The notes under the pieces: generated by a model
Told to the model about the DNA's origin: nothing
The model's input: only the letters and a program-made list of their open reading frames with translations
The model's database searches: none
From: Alphaproteobacteria bacterium
GTDB lineage: Bacteria; Pseudomonadota; Alphaproteobacteria; UBA828
NCBI GenBank assembly: GCA_965214705.1
Contig: CBDCCI010000002.1
Location: 256,001 to 320,000 of the forward strand
Direction: 5' to 3'
Length of the DNA stretch: 64,000 nucleotides
Part shown: in pieces, positions 32,094 to 43,554 of the stretch
Position numbering within the stretch: the first letter of the stretch is position 1
Layout: each line of letters begins with the position of its first letter
Made by a program: the position numbers and the translations under genes

Positions 32094-33335
32094 GTGGAGG
32101 CCGAACGCGCGGGCGTGGCGGAGATCTTCCGCCGCGCCGGCGCCGCTTTCCGTGAGCGCCACAAAGGGCGCATCGACGCCGCCCGGCTCAAGGTCATGGG
32201 CGCCATCGAGGCGTGCCGCACCGCCGTGCTCGGCGGCCACATGTACGCCTGCGAGGGCTGCGGGCGCGAGCATCCGCTCTTCAACTCCTGCCGCAACCGC
32301 CACTGCCCCACCTGCCAGGGTCTCGCCGCCAACCTCTGGAGCGAGGAGCGCGCCGGGGACATCCTGCCGGTGCCCTACTTCCATGTGGTCTTCACCCTGC
32401 CCAAGGAGGTTGCCGCCATTGCCTTCTGCAACCGCAGGGTGGTGTTCGACATCCTCTTCCGGGCCGTCGCCGAGACCCTGCGCACCATCGCCGCCGATCC
32501 CCGCCACGGCGGCATGCGCATCGGCGGCACCGCGGTCCTCCATACCTGGGATCAGAAGCTCCGCTTCCACCCGCACCTGCACGTGGTCGTGCCCAACGCG
32601 GGCTTCGACGTAGACAGTGGCGAGTGGAAGACGGGGAGCACCACCTTCCTCGCCCCCGTCAAGGTCCTCGGCAGCCTGTTCCGCCGCCTCTTCCTCGAGG
32701 AGCTCGCCCGCGCCCACGGCCGGGGGGACCTGGAGTTCCACGGCACCCTCGCCCACCTCGCCAATCCCGGCGAGTTCCACGCCACGCTTGCCGCCGCCCG
32801 GGCCAGGGACTGGGTGGTCTACGCCAAGCGGCCCTTCCGCGGGCCTGAGCAGGTCTTCCGGTACCTCTCGCACTACACGCACAGGATCGCCATCTCCGAC
32901 AGCCGCATCGTCTCCTTCGACGGCGAGACGGTCTCCTTCCGCCACCGAAAGCCCAAGGCGCCGGGGCAGAGAAAGCCGCGCTACGGCATCGCCACCGTGA
33001 GCGCCGACGAGTTCATCCGCCGCTTCCTGAGGCACGTCCTGCCGGACGGCATGCACCGCATTCGCTACTTCGGCATCCTCGCCAACGGCTGCCGCGCCAG
33101 CACGCTGGAGAGAGCACGCCAGGCTCTCGGCGCCCTCGGCTGCGCCGCCCCCGAGGGAAGCGTGGACGGCGCTCGGGCCGAGCCCGACGAAGAGCCCGAG
33201 ATCGGCACCGCGCCCGTGGCCTGCCCCCACTGCGGCGGCGTCATGCGCCTCGTCCGCGAAATCCGCCGCCGCCATGAGCCCCGCTCGACGCGCGGCCCGC
33301 CGGCGCTGCCGCCGACCCACAGGGGGAAACCGTGA
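32094..33335 (+). CDS. IS91-family Y2 HUH transposase
   Basis: CRT--LGG, SCRNRHCPTC, HVVFTLP, HTW...HPHLH, YLSHYTHR. Confidence 0.93.
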   Translation: MEAERAGVAEIFRRAGAAFRERHKGRIDAARLKVMGAIEACRTAVLGGHMYACEGCGREHPLFNSCRNRHCPTCQGLAANLWSEERAGDILPVPYFHVVFTLPKEVAAIAFCNRRVVFDILFRAVAETLRTIAADPRHGGMRIGGTAVLHTWDQKLRFHPHLHVVVPNAGFDVDSGEWKTGSTTFLAPVKVLGSLFRRLFLEELARAHGRGDLEFHGTLAHLANPGEFHATLAAARARDWVVYAKRPFRGPEQVFRYLSHYTHRIAISDSRIVSFDGETVSFRHRKPKAPGQRKPRYGIATVSADEFIRRFLRHVLPDGMHRIRYFGILANGCRASTLERARQALGALGCAAPEGSVDGARAEPDEEPEIGTAPVACPHCGGVMRLVREIRRRHEPRSTRGPPALPPTHRGKP

Positions 33336-33597
33336 GACGCCCGCTCGCTTCGGCCCCGCGCAACGGCGCCAAAGCGCCGACGCACGACCGAACCTGTCTC
33401 CGCTTGAGCCGGGCTGACAGCCCTCGGCTCACACCCCGCTCAGTCCTCGCAGCGTGCGCCCGCATGCCTGCCGAAAGACCGGCGCGAGCGTCGATTTTAT
33501 GCGCAACTCTGCTGCCGGTGGATGCCGCCTGACGCTGACATCAGCGCACTTTCCACATAGCTCAACTTCGCCTCTCGTGGCCCGCGGCTTCGTTCAA

Positions 33598-33639
33598 AAG
33601 GGTTGGGCAGGCTCTCGAGAGAGAGCCTGCCCAACCCTT
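33598..33639. repeat. Perfect 19-bp-stem hairpin at the element end (also 43506-43547)
   Basis: AAGGGTTGGGCAGGCTCTC-gaga-GAGAGCCTGCCCAACCCTT. Confidence 0.95.
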
Positions 33640-33646
33640 AACCTTG

Positions 33647-36600
33647 AATCCATCCTGGAACGGATTGGGAAGCCAATCGAATTCCGGCTGAGCCGATAGC
33701 GCGTTCCGAACTCGGAGAATTCGCCATCTGCCGCCGTGTCCGCGGGCCATTCGGGTGGCCGCATGGATTTCGCTCATCCCGAGTTCGAACTGCGGCTCGT
33801 CCCCCGCGGTCGCCTTGACTTCGACGTGCCAGCGTCTCCGCCGATAACTGAAACGAAAGTCGAATCCATGGCTATCGCTCGCATCGTCCCGTTCTCCAGG
33901 TACGGGCGGCAATACACGCTGGCGGATTTCCGAAACCCATGCGTCGGGAGTGATCGTGTCGGTGCCGAACTCCTGACGTAAGAATCGGTACGCGTGAATT
34001 TCACCGACGATTCCAACGAGCTCCCGCAATTCGGGTGTTGGGCGCAAGTGCGACGTCTTGCCCTTGGTGCCGCTGCCACCGGCCGGCCGGCCGCCGGGCG
34101 GAGGTGCTGCCAACTCCGTGAAAGAGTCGCGGCTTGCGCGTGGCCCGACGGGAGCGGCCAGGCCGCTGAGATGGTCGAAGAGATCTCTGACGTTCGTCGT
34201 TCCGACTTCGAAGGGAACGCCAGCGACGTCGAATGTCCGCCTTTGGCGTTGTTTCTCCCGCTCCCGCTGTTGTCTCTCGCGGCGCCGAGCCGCGATTGCC
34301 TCAGGATTGAGCCTTAGCCGGACCCGGATGTTTTCGAGGCTCGCGCAGCCGGCACAAGCTTGGCTGAACGCGGTCTTGCCCATGCAATGGAAAGCTTGGA
34401 GCAGCAGATCGGTCTCGGACCAGAGGTTCAGATAGGCCTCAGGCTCGATGTCTTCCGGCGGGTGAGGACGTTCGGGCGCGGCTGATTCGCATGTCGTCAA
34501 TTCAAGCCACGTTCGATGAAGATCGTGAAGCTCGTTGAGCAGATTTTCGAGCCGGCTCCTGTTGCGACGAGCGATTTCGTATGGATTGCAGTCGGTGGAG
34601 ATTGAGAAATCGTCAAGCGCCGTTCGGAGATCGTCGACATCTTGCGCGTTATCGAGGATTCCGAGGTGGTGCGTCACGCCTGGTACTTTCGAGTAGGCAG
34701 CGGTGAGTTCTGCGATGATGGCCGTGAACGGTACTTCCCACCAGCGCGTTGACCAATCGTCGCGAGGGTGGAAGTCTCCAGTCACGGCTTCCAGTTCATG
34801 GAACAGACCGGGATCGTTCTCCTCGATGGCGATATGGCGCGCAAAGCAGCGAAGCAGCGGCGCGGCTGATTCGATGAGCGTGGTGGTTTGGTCGTGTACG
34901 GCGTTGTTCTTGACCGTTTCGTGTCGTTCGCCGAGGGCGGCAAGAGTTGCGTTCCACGCTGGCAGTTGGGCGACATCGCCAAGAGCGCGCCATGCGCTCA
35001 GCCCCATCTCATGATCGTCTCGGCTCTTGCGAGCGGAAGATAGGAGGTCTTGGGTCGGCCACTGCGGTGCGTTGGCGGACAACCACTCGGTGAGCGATTC
35101 GATGTCCGAAGCCGCCTGGTCGAAACCGTCGAGGCGAATGCCAAGAAGTGCGAGCACCGGCCTGATTCGGTCAACCAGCAGGCTGAGTGTTCCGGCCCAC
35201 CGGTTGTGGATGTCGGCAAGTGCCTGGGCGTCGATTTCGGCGCGTTCCAAAGCCGCCTCAATCTGATCGATGGTCGGCATTTCCTTGTAGGAGAGCGTTC
35301 CAAGGACGAGACGCAGGTCCTTGAGGAGGTCTTGGCGGTCAAGAATTCGCTGAGCGGCGACGGCGAGACTTTCGTGGGCCAGTTGCGAGTCGCGACAAAT
35401 GGCGAGGACATTGCCAGGTAGCCACTCCGCCGGCGGCTCGCTTCTCGCCACGATCTTGTCTGCGTCGACCAACTGGACTGAAATGGTTTCGCAAACCGCC
35501 ACTTGGGCGCGGCTCAGTCGGTGGGCCGCTTCGCGCCAACGTTGCGTCGAAGCACCAGTCGGTTCGGCGCCGCCGTATGCAGCGATGGCGAGGAGCGTGA
35601 CCGGGAGCCATGCATATTCGCTGGATTCCAGCGATGGCAATTCGTCAGCGGTGCCGGTCCATAGTGTGCCGTCGACGAACACCTTCTCCACCAGAGCAGA
35701 CGAACGTCTGACGTCCGTCGCGGCTTCCAACCCGTCGGCGACGCGGCTGGCTTCTCTCGCGTTCATCTCAAGGATGTGTTGGCCATGTGCAAGTAGCGAT
35801 CGTGTTCGATCGCGACTATCGGGCAGGTATACGTCGGCGAGGTCATCCTGCCCGCAGGTCGAGAACGTTCGATGTCCCGTCCTGACAAGGAGGGTTTCAG
35901 GGAGTCCCTTCTGCGCGTCGAGATGACGCCACCCGTCGCGCACTTGGCCGAGGAAGACATCGAATCGCCCGACGGGAACCCGGTCAGAGGCCCAAGCGGC
36001 AGCCAGAGCTTCGAGCAGTTCCGGGCCGATCCGGTCGTCTTCGACCGGATACACGTTCAGGCCAAGCATCGTAAGCGCGGCTTTCAGTTCCGGCTCTGCT
36101 TCGAGCTTGCGAGAGAGCTCCAGAGACAGTGAATTGAGATGCCGGTAGCGGTCGCGTTGGCCCCGAAGGAGCGACGTCGGGACGAGCCAACGGTCTGGAA
36201 GAGCTGTCGTGGCCGCCGTCCCGTCGAGCAGCCACGGCTCTGTAGTCAGCCAGTGCCGGAGCGGTGACGTGACCGTTGTCGACCAATCAAGACCGCCCTG
36301 CTTCTTGATAGAGGTCGTGTGCCAGTTGCGCGGCCAGTGCGGAATCGAAGCGAGTAGGAGGCGCGAGAAGGCGTTTCGGCCCTGTCGGCTCAACGTGGCG
36401 AGGTGATGGATTTCCGGCAGTAGTTTGATGCGGGAGAGTGAATAGGTGAAATCGCCTATGTAGTAGGGCCGTGCCTCCTCGCGCACGGTGCGACGCCAAC
36501 CGTCCCATGCTTCCTGGGGAACTTCCGGAGGAGGGGTGGATGGCAACTCGTAGTCCGAGCCCTGCATGTCGAAACTTGTATCGGGAGCGGATTGGAGGCG

Positions 36601-38724
36601 GAGACCATCGACAACGCCGACGCGAGCGAAGAACTGATCCAGATGCCCGACAGCGCTTCCCCAGCGGGGGTCGTCCGGCGGGAGCAATGTCGAACCGCGC
36701 AGGCGTGCCGCCGGGTATTCGGGCAACCCCTCTGCGAGGAGCCAGACCTCATCGCCACGGCGGTTCGGCCAACCGGGACCGAATACGGCGTCGTCCATGG
36801 TGAGCCAGCCTGCATGGCAGGCCGCGGGTAGCCGTTTGAGCAGGGGCAGCAATTGACCCGACGGGTCTTCGCCCAATAGCTGAGCGGTCCACGCGAAGAG
36901 GTCGGCGCACAGTGTGGCGCGTTTTCCTCCGTGCGAAGCGGGCAACGTTGGAACCGTCGGCAGAACGACCTCTCGAAGCAGGTCTTCGCGCCGAAACGCG
37001 CGGGCAAACCTCCCGTCCAGAAACTTCTGTACCGGGGTGTTGCGGCGAGGTGGCGGTCCCAGTTGCGTCTGGATGTCGGGATGGAGGAAGGCAACGCGGT
37101 GTTTGAGGGAATCCGGAACATGACCGACGAAATCGGCTGCGTCGTCGACACCACGAACGGGTTGGAAGAACAGCTTGGCCGAGTCGGAAACGCTTAGCAG
37201 ACGGTCGTCTTGATCGGGGAGGAATCTTCCTGTGGCAAGCGGATCGGGATTGCCGGCTTTCGGTTCGGACCGCATGTCGGACGGCAGTACGGCGACTACG
37301 CTGTTCAAGAAGGCATCCCAGCTCACGTCGATCTCGTGATCGCGAACGCCGATTGCCGCTCGGTCGAGTGTTTGCAGCCATTCCGAATTGGTTGGAATGA
37401 GTGAGCCGCCGAGCTTCCTTACCAGTTCGCGGACAGCGGGTCGCCTGCCATCGAGGGCAGTCGAAACGACTTGGAATGCGGCGAAGGAGCGCCAATGCCC
37501 AGTGCCAATGGGGAGGTCGGCCGCGACTTCGGGCGCTTCTCGCGCAGCGCCGGGAGCGCACCAGCCACCGTCGCACAGGAGTAGATTGCAATCGTCGAGT
37601 GCCAGGCCAGTTTTCGATGCACGGTCGAACAGGGCATCCATTACGCGCCACTCGTCGCCATCAACCGATGCAGGCGAGGACAGAAGATCGACTACCGCGC
37701 GTGCTCGCCATGCTTCCGGCTCTTCAGATACGAGTGCGGCAACTGCGTCCAGAGACAGATCCAGCACGCATTCCAGGAGCAGGTCGTTGTAGGGGATGCC
37801 GAAGTCGATGTGGCGGCGGTCGAGAGAGCTATAGAATGGCGCGTTGATATGCGCCCCGGTCCCCGTCGCCATCTCGGTCGGCAGAAAGATGACGAACTGA
37901 CCCTTGGCAGGCGAAGGCGCTTCTTCGACCGCGATTCCCACTACGATGCTGTGGACTTCCGGCCATCGGTTGGGCAGGTTACTGACCACGGTGCGGATGC
38001 GGTCCGCTTGTTCGGGATCGTCGTCTCCGCCGATTGCACGGGTCCAAAGCTGAAATTCGTGAGTCGTGTGGCTATTGGGCGCCGGTCCAGACTGTCCGAC
38101 AAGAAGACGTTGCTGGCGAGATCGCGAGCGTGTGGAGAAACCGATTTCAGACTCCACGACGCGTTCAAGAACGCGGTGCTCGTCATCCATACCTATGGTG
38201 AGTCTTTCTGCCTGGAAGAGAAAAACGGCTGCTTGGGCATCGAGCGCGTCAAGCTGTTCCCTGACGGACTGAACCGCCTCATCCGACGAACCTGCGCCTC
38301 CTCCATCCAACGGGAGACGGACGACTGTGACATGCCCTTGTCGCAACAGGCGCTCAACCTCTGGAGGTGTTCCCTGAATGGGAAGTGGAAGCAGGTAGGG
38401 GGACAGGAACTCGCTGGCCTCGCGAGCGCAATCAAGTCGTGCGTCGGTTATGCGATTGCGATACTGGGCCAACTGTTCCTCGGACCAGTCCAGGAGCGGG
38501 CGAGCGGAATCGAACGGTGAGCGCGCATCGAGGCCTTTTTCTTCGAGTTCTCGCGCCGCGGCTGCAACGCATTCGGAAACTGCGGGGTCGAATCGAAATG
38601 CGAACGACGTCTGGCTCCCGATTGGAGCCGTGGACCAGATCTCCGGGCAAGTTGAAACCTCGAGAACGCTCCTGAATCCGAGCCCCTTGTTGCCGACGCT
38701 CTGGTTTGGATCCTTCGGGCTTTG
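33647..38724 (-). pseudogene. Sacsin-like GHKL ATPase + DUF3883 (NO VEIN C-terminal) nuclease, middle part
   Basis: GNKGLGFRSV, FLPT, HINAPF; C-terminal G--GE...GFDF...VEVKAT...E. Confidence 0.85.
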
Positions 38725-38952
38725 AACGAAGCCGCTACGCGGAGTTAGCGGCGTAGAGTTCATTCATTTCCGAGGCGTCGCGGGTGCCGTTTGTTCTGTG
38801 CGTTCGCTTCCCGGTTGCGTCAGTGGCGCTCCGCCCGTCGGGTGGCGGATCCCCAGCAGCCTCCCGATCACCAGTGGTTAGTATCGACCCCTGCGACGGA
38901 CCGTCGCCGGATCGGTCCGGCGGCGCGCCGTCGCGATCCAGGGAGATCGATA

Positions 38953-39831
38953 ATGACCGGGACCGCGTGCGACACGAACACCGTCACCCCTCTTCGCCAG
39001 CGCATGGAGGAGCAGCTCCGCATCGCCAATCTGGCCGCGAGCACGTCCAAGGCCTACATCTGCGAGATCAAGAACCTGGCCAGGTACTACGACGCCTCGC
39101 CGGACGAGCTCGACGCCGAGCAGGTGCGCCAGTGGTACCTGGGGCGGATCGACAAGGGGCTCAGTCCGGGCACGACCAACGTCTCCTTCGCCGCGCTGAA
39201 CTTCCTCTACATCGACACACTCGGCTGGCCTGACCATGTCGCCGGCCTGCGCTCCCGCAAGAAGCCCGGCAAGCTGCCGCGCTACATGTCGGAGCAGGAG
39301 GTCGAGCACCTCATCCTTGCGACACCCGACCTCCGCCACCGTGCTGCCATTGTCACCGGCTATGGCGGCGGGCTCCGCATCTCCGAGACCTTGGCCATCA
39401 AGGTCGGCGACATCCTGTCGGAGAAGAAGCTGCTGCACATCCCCTCCGGCAAAGGCGGCACCGAGAGAATGGCACCGTTGCCGGACATCGTCATCCACTA
39501 CTTGCGCGTCTACTACAGGAACATCTGGCCGCGTCCGACGAGCTGGCTCTTCTACGGCGTCTCGCTCGACAGGCCCATCGCAACGGAGACCTTGCAGGCC
39601 GCCTTCAGGAGGGCGCGCGACATTGCCGAGCTCGACCGCAGCTACACCTTCCATTGCCTGCGCCATTCGGCGGCGACCCATCTCCTCGAGCGCGGCGGCG
39701 ATATCGAGGTGATCCGGGACATGCTCGGCCATCGAAGCGCGAACACGACCCGTCACTACGCCCGCGTCACCGGCAAGATGTTCGAGGGCCTCGACCACCC
39801 GATCTCAGGCTTCGCAGCGTTGCGCAACTGA
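38953..39831 (+). CDS. Tyrosine recombinase (same protein as copy 1)
   Basis: Identical translation in the ORF track. Confidence 0.92.
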   Translation: MTGTACDTNTVTPLRQRMEEQLRIANLAASTSKAYICEIKNLARYYDASPDELDAEQVRQWYLGRIDKGLSPGTTNVSFAALNFLYIDTLGWPDHVAGLRSRKKPGKLPRYMSEQEVEHLILATPDLRHRAAIVTGYGGGLRISETLAIKVGDILSEKKLLHIPSGKGGTERMAPLPDIVIHYLRVYYRNIWPRPTSWLFYGVSLDRPIATETLQAAFRRARDIAELDRSYTFHCLRHSAATHLLERGGDIEVIRDMLGHRSANTTRHYARVTGKMFEGLDHPISGFAALRN

Positions 39832-39837
39832 CGGCGC

Positions 39838-41079
39838 GTGGAGGCCGAACGCGCGGGCGTGGCGGAGATCTTCCGCCGCGCCGGCGCCGCTTTCCGTGAG
39901 CGCCACAAAGGGCGCATCGACGCCGCCCGGCTCAAGGTCATGGGCGCCATCGAGGCGTGCCGCACCGCCGTGCTCGGCGGCCACATGTACGCCTGCGAGG
40001 GCTGCGGGCGCGAGCATCCGCTCTTCAACTCCTACCGCAACCGCCACTGCCCCACCTGCCAGGGTCTCGCCGCCAACCTCTGGAGCGAGGAGCGCGCCGG
40101 GGACATCCTGCCGGTGCCCTACTTCCATGTGGTCTTCACCCTGCCCAAGGAGGTTGCCGCCATTGCCTTCTGCAACCGCAGGGTGGTGTTCGACATCCTC
40201 TTCCGGGCCGTCGCCGAGACCCTGCGCACCATCGCCGCCGATCCCCGCCACGGCGGCATGCGCATCGGCGGCACCGCGGTCCTCCATACCTGGGATCAGA
40301 AGCTCCGCTTCCACCCGCACCTGCACGTGGTCGTGCCCAACGCGGGCTTCGACGTAGACAGTGGCGAGTGGAAGACGGGGAGCACCACCTTCCTCGCCCC
40401 CGTCAAGGTCCTCGGCAGCCTGTTCCGCCGCCTCTTCCTCGAGGAGCTCGCCCGCGCCCACGGCCGGGGGGACCTGGAGTTCCACGGCACCGTCGCCCAC
40501 CTCGCCAATCCCGGCGAGTTCCACGCCACGCTTGCCGCCGCCCGGGCCAGGGACTGGGTGGTCTACGCCAAGCGGCCCTTCCGCGGGCCTGAGCAGGTCT
40601 TCCGGTACCTCTCGCACTACACGCACAGGATCGCCATCTCCGACAGCCGCATCGTCTCCTTCGACGGCGAGACGGTCTCCTTCCGCCACCGAAAGCCCAA
40701 GGCGCCGGGGCAGAGAAAGCCGCGCTACGGCATCGCCACCGTGAGCGCCGACGAGTTCATCCGCCGCTTCCTGAGGCACGTCCTGCCGGACGGCCTGCAC
40801 CGCATTCGCTACTTCGGCATCCTCGCCAACGGCTGCCGCGCCAGCACGCTGGAGAGAGCACGCCAGGCTCTCGGCGCCCTCGGCTGCGCCGCCCCCGAGG
40901 GAAGCGTGGACGGCGCTCGGGCCGAGCCCGACGAAGAGCCCGAGATCGGCACCGCGCCCGTGGCCTGCCCCCACTGCGGCGGCGTCATGCGCCTCGTCCG
41001 CGAAATCCGCCGCCGCCATGAGCCCCGCTCGACGCGCGGCCCGCCGGCGCTGCCGCCGACCCACAGGGGGAAACCGTGA
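39838..41079 (+). CDS. IS91-family Y2 transposase (3 substitutions versus copy 1)
   Basis: NSC>NSY, GTL>GTV, GMH>GLH. Confidence 0.92.
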   Translation: MEAERAGVAEIFRRAGAAFRERHKGRIDAARLKVMGAIEACRTAVLGGHMYACEGCGREHPLFNSYRNRHCPTCQGLAANLWSEERAGDILPVPYFHVVFTLPKEVAAIAFCNRRVVFDILFRAVAETLRTIAADPRHGGMRIGGTAVLHTWDQKLRFHPHLHVVVPNAGFDVDSGEWKTGSTTFLAPVKVLGSLFRRLFLEELARAHGRGDLEFHGTVAHLANPGEFHATLAAARARDWVVYAKRPFRGPEQVFRYLSHYTHRIAISDSRIVSFDGETVSFRHRKPKAPGQRKPRYGIATVSADEFIRRFLRHVLPDGLHRIRYFGILANGCRASTLERARQALGALGCAAPEGSVDGARAEPDEEPEIGTAPVACPHCGGVMRLVREIRRRHEPRSTRGPPALPPTHRGKP

Positions 41080-43239
41080 CCCAAGTTGGCACTTTTCCGC
41101 TGCCTGTGTTCCCTATTGGTTTGATTCAACGCGATATTTTTCTCGGTCGATTCCAACATGGCCCCACATTTTGTGAGATTCTGTCAGCTCATCAGACGGG
41201 TCCTCGTGCGGTGGATGGCGGGGTCCACGCCCGCCGCCGAGGAGATTGCGGCAACCTCGGCGGCCGGGCGCGTGTCCTGGCGGTTGACGATCAAGGTGCC
41301 GTCGGTCTGGCGCAGGCGCGTGGTGATCCGCACCCAGGTCCGCATGCTCTCGCGGATCGACGCCCAGCACTTGTGGATGCCGCGCGCGGCCAGCCGGGTA
41401 CGGATCAGATGCACGGCGTGGTAGGCCAGCACGGCGATCAGCAGGTGGGCCGCGATGCGCCGGTCGAGCTGGTGCCAGATCGGGCGAAGGCCGAGCTCGG
41501 ATTTCAGGCTCCGGAATGTCGCCTCGATATCCGTGATCCGCCAGTACGTCCGCAGGACCGTCTCGATGTCCCAGTCGACGTGGCTGGTGCGCAGCACATA
41601 GGCACCGGCGCCCTCATCGGCCTCGTCGTATCGCGGCCTGCGCTTGAAGCGCACGGCGGTGGCATTGGGGCCGGTTTTCGCCCTCTCGACCGTGATCTCG
41701 TAGTGCCTGGCGACGGCGGAGAAGCGCTGCTTGAGGCGGCCTATGCTCTCCAGCACCTTGTCGTAGCGCTTGAGGCGGCCCTTGACCGGGAGGCCGCCGT
41801 GGAGCCTTTCCAGCGCCGCCTCGAAGCGGTTCCGCCTCAGGCCGATGATCGCGTTCTCGGCCTTCTTCTTGCCCTCGCTGACGACGTAGAGCCGCGCCTC
41901 GCCGTCCTCGCTGGCAAGCCGCCAGGCCCGCACCTCGTGGCGCGCGCTGGTGATCAGCAGGGCCTCGGGTCCGCCCTCGGGCGGCGCAGGCCTGGCACCG
42001 CGGCTGACCGCGATCCAGTCGTAGCCCTGCTCGCCCAGCCACGCGATGTTTTTCTCGGTGGCGATGCCCGCGTCCATGACCACCGTGGGCTTCGGCGCCG
42101 TGCCGCCGCACACCGCCTCGAGCCGCGCCAGCGCCTCGTGCAGCGTGCCCGGCTCGCTCACGTTGCCCGGCAGGATCTCGCAACTGCGCGGGAAGCCCGC
42201 GCCGTCGAGCGCCAGCGCCAGCGTGATGAGGGGACAGTCGTCGCGCTTCTGCTTGGAGCGCCCGAACCTGGGAAGCTCGCCGCCCGTGTGGCCGTGGTAG
42301 TGGACGTTGGTGAGATCGTAGAAGGCGATCGTCTCGGGCAGGTCGAGCAGTGCGCGCTCACGGTTGAACAGCTCCCGCTGGATGGCGGCGCGGTGGCGCC
42401 AGAGCAGGTCGCCGATGCGGTAGAGCGTCTTGCGCCGCAGCGCCTTGCGGTCGCCCTCCAGGCCCAGGAGCTCGGCGGCCGCGCTGTCGTGGCGGAGCCA
42501 GCGGCTGGTATCACGCTCGCTGGCGGGATGGACCATCCTGGCGACGATCAGCGCGCTGGCGATGCGCCCGTCGCGGCCCTTGATGTCGAGGCCGTGGAGG
42601 ATTTCGGCGAAGCCGAGGGCGTCGAGGGCCTTGAGGCACAGGCGCTCGCAGCCGACCGTGCGCGGGTTCTCGTGCTCCAGGGTATCGAGGTCGACGGTGG
42701 CGATGTCGGGCTTGCGCGCCTCTTCCTGCATCGCCTCGACGCGGAACCCCCTGGCCCTGAGCTTGGCGACGATGTCCTCGGCTGCGGCCCGCACATCCGC
42801 CTCGCCCTCGAACAGCGGCGGCTTGCCGTGAAGCAGCGCCTCGGCGAGTTCGGTGACGGCCTTCCACTTCTCGCGCGGCACCGGATAGTCGGTGCCGAGA
42901 TTGAGCAGCGTCCTGTGGCGCACCTTGTCGCCGACGCGCTGGGCGAGCACGAGGCGATGGCTTCGGACCGGCTGGCCGGCCTTGTCGGTGTGTGTCCTGG
43001 TTGCCTTGATGTACATGGCGGCGCCGTTTCTGCGATGCCTGTTTCGCATACACGGCGTTCGCGGCATCTGGCAAGAGGGATATCGACTCAACTCCAAAGT
43101 CCTGGCCCCACAATTGGCTTCCAGGACCACGAATGGCAAATGTGGGTCTCAGGTGTCCTCCAACCCCAACATCTAGTGGTTCAGCGCCGCAAAACTGGCT
43201 CGAACAGGCTCGGCTGGTCGGAAAAAGTGCCAACTTGGG
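41080..43239 (-). mobile_element. IS1634-family IS
   Basis: IRs CCCAAGTTGGCACTTTT / AAAAGTGCCAACTTGGG; TSD GTGA at 41076-41079 and 43240-43243. Confidence 0.9.
41184..43016 (-). CDS. IS1634 transposase
   Basis: LLNLG, FYDLT, FGRSK-KR-D, PGN, VMDAG, IEATFRSLKS-LGLRPIWH. Confidence 0.92.
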   Translation of the reverse strand: MYIKATRTHTDKAGQPVRSHRLVLAQRVGDKVRHRTLLNLGTDYPVPREKWKAVTELAEALLHGKPPLFEGEADVRAAAEDIVAKLRARGFRVEAMQEEARKPDIATVDLDTLEHENPRTVGCERLCLKALDALGFAEILHGLDIKGRDGRIASALIVARMVHPASERDTSRWLRHDSAAAELLGLEGDRKALRRKTLYRIGDLLWRHRAAIQRELFNRERALLDLPETIAFYDLTNVHYHGHTGGELPRFGRSKQKRDDCPLITLALALDGAGFPRSCEILPGNVSEPGTLHEALARLEAVCGGTAPKPTVVMDAGIATEKNIAWLGEQGYDWIAVSRGARPAPPEGGPEALLITSARHEVRAWRLASEDGEARLYVVSEGKKKAENAIIGLRRNRFEAALERLHGGLPVKGRLKRYDKVLESIGRLKQRFSAVARHYEITVERAKTGPNATAVRFKRRPRYDEADEGAGAYVLRTSHVDWDIETVLRTYWRITDIEATFRSLKSELGLRPIWHQLDRRIAAHLLIAVLAYHAVHLIRTRLAARGIHKCWASIRESMRTWVRITTRLRQTDGTLIVNRQDTRPAAEVAAISSAAGVDPAIHRTRTRLMS

Positions 43240-43554
43240 GTGAGACGCCCGCTCGCTTCGGCCCCGCGCAACGGCGCCAAAGCGCCGACGCACGACCGAA
43301 CCTGTCTCCGCTTGAGCCGGGCTGACAGCCCTCGGCTCACACCCCGCTCAGTCCTCGCAGCGTGCGCCCGCATGCCTGCCGAAAGACCGGCGCGAGCGTC
43401 GATTTTATGCGCAACTCTGCTGCCGGTGGATGCCGCCTGACGCTGACATCAGCGCACTTTCCACATAGCTCAACTTCGCCTCTCGTGGCCCGCGGCTTCG
43501 TTCAAAAGGGTTGGGCAGGCTCTCGAGAGAGAGCCTGCCCAACCCTTAACCTTG

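Larger units (their letters stand above)
30981..33646 (+). mobile_element. Tyrosine recombinase + IS91-like (Y2) element, copy 1
   Basis: 2666 bp, nearly identical to 38725-43554; IRs TGAACGAAGCCGC / GCGGCTTCGTTCA; only TG(AA) shared at the junctions. Confidence 0.9.
38725..43554 (+). mobile_element. Tyrosine recombinase + IS91-like element, copy 2 (contains an IS1634)
   Basis: Copy 1 plus a 2164-bp insertion; TTG shared at the junctions. Confidence 0.9.

Noticed and set aside
33598-33639. Hairpin as a Rho-independent terminator or CRISPR repeat
   Set aside because: No clear U-tract on the plus strand and no spacers; it travels with the element end
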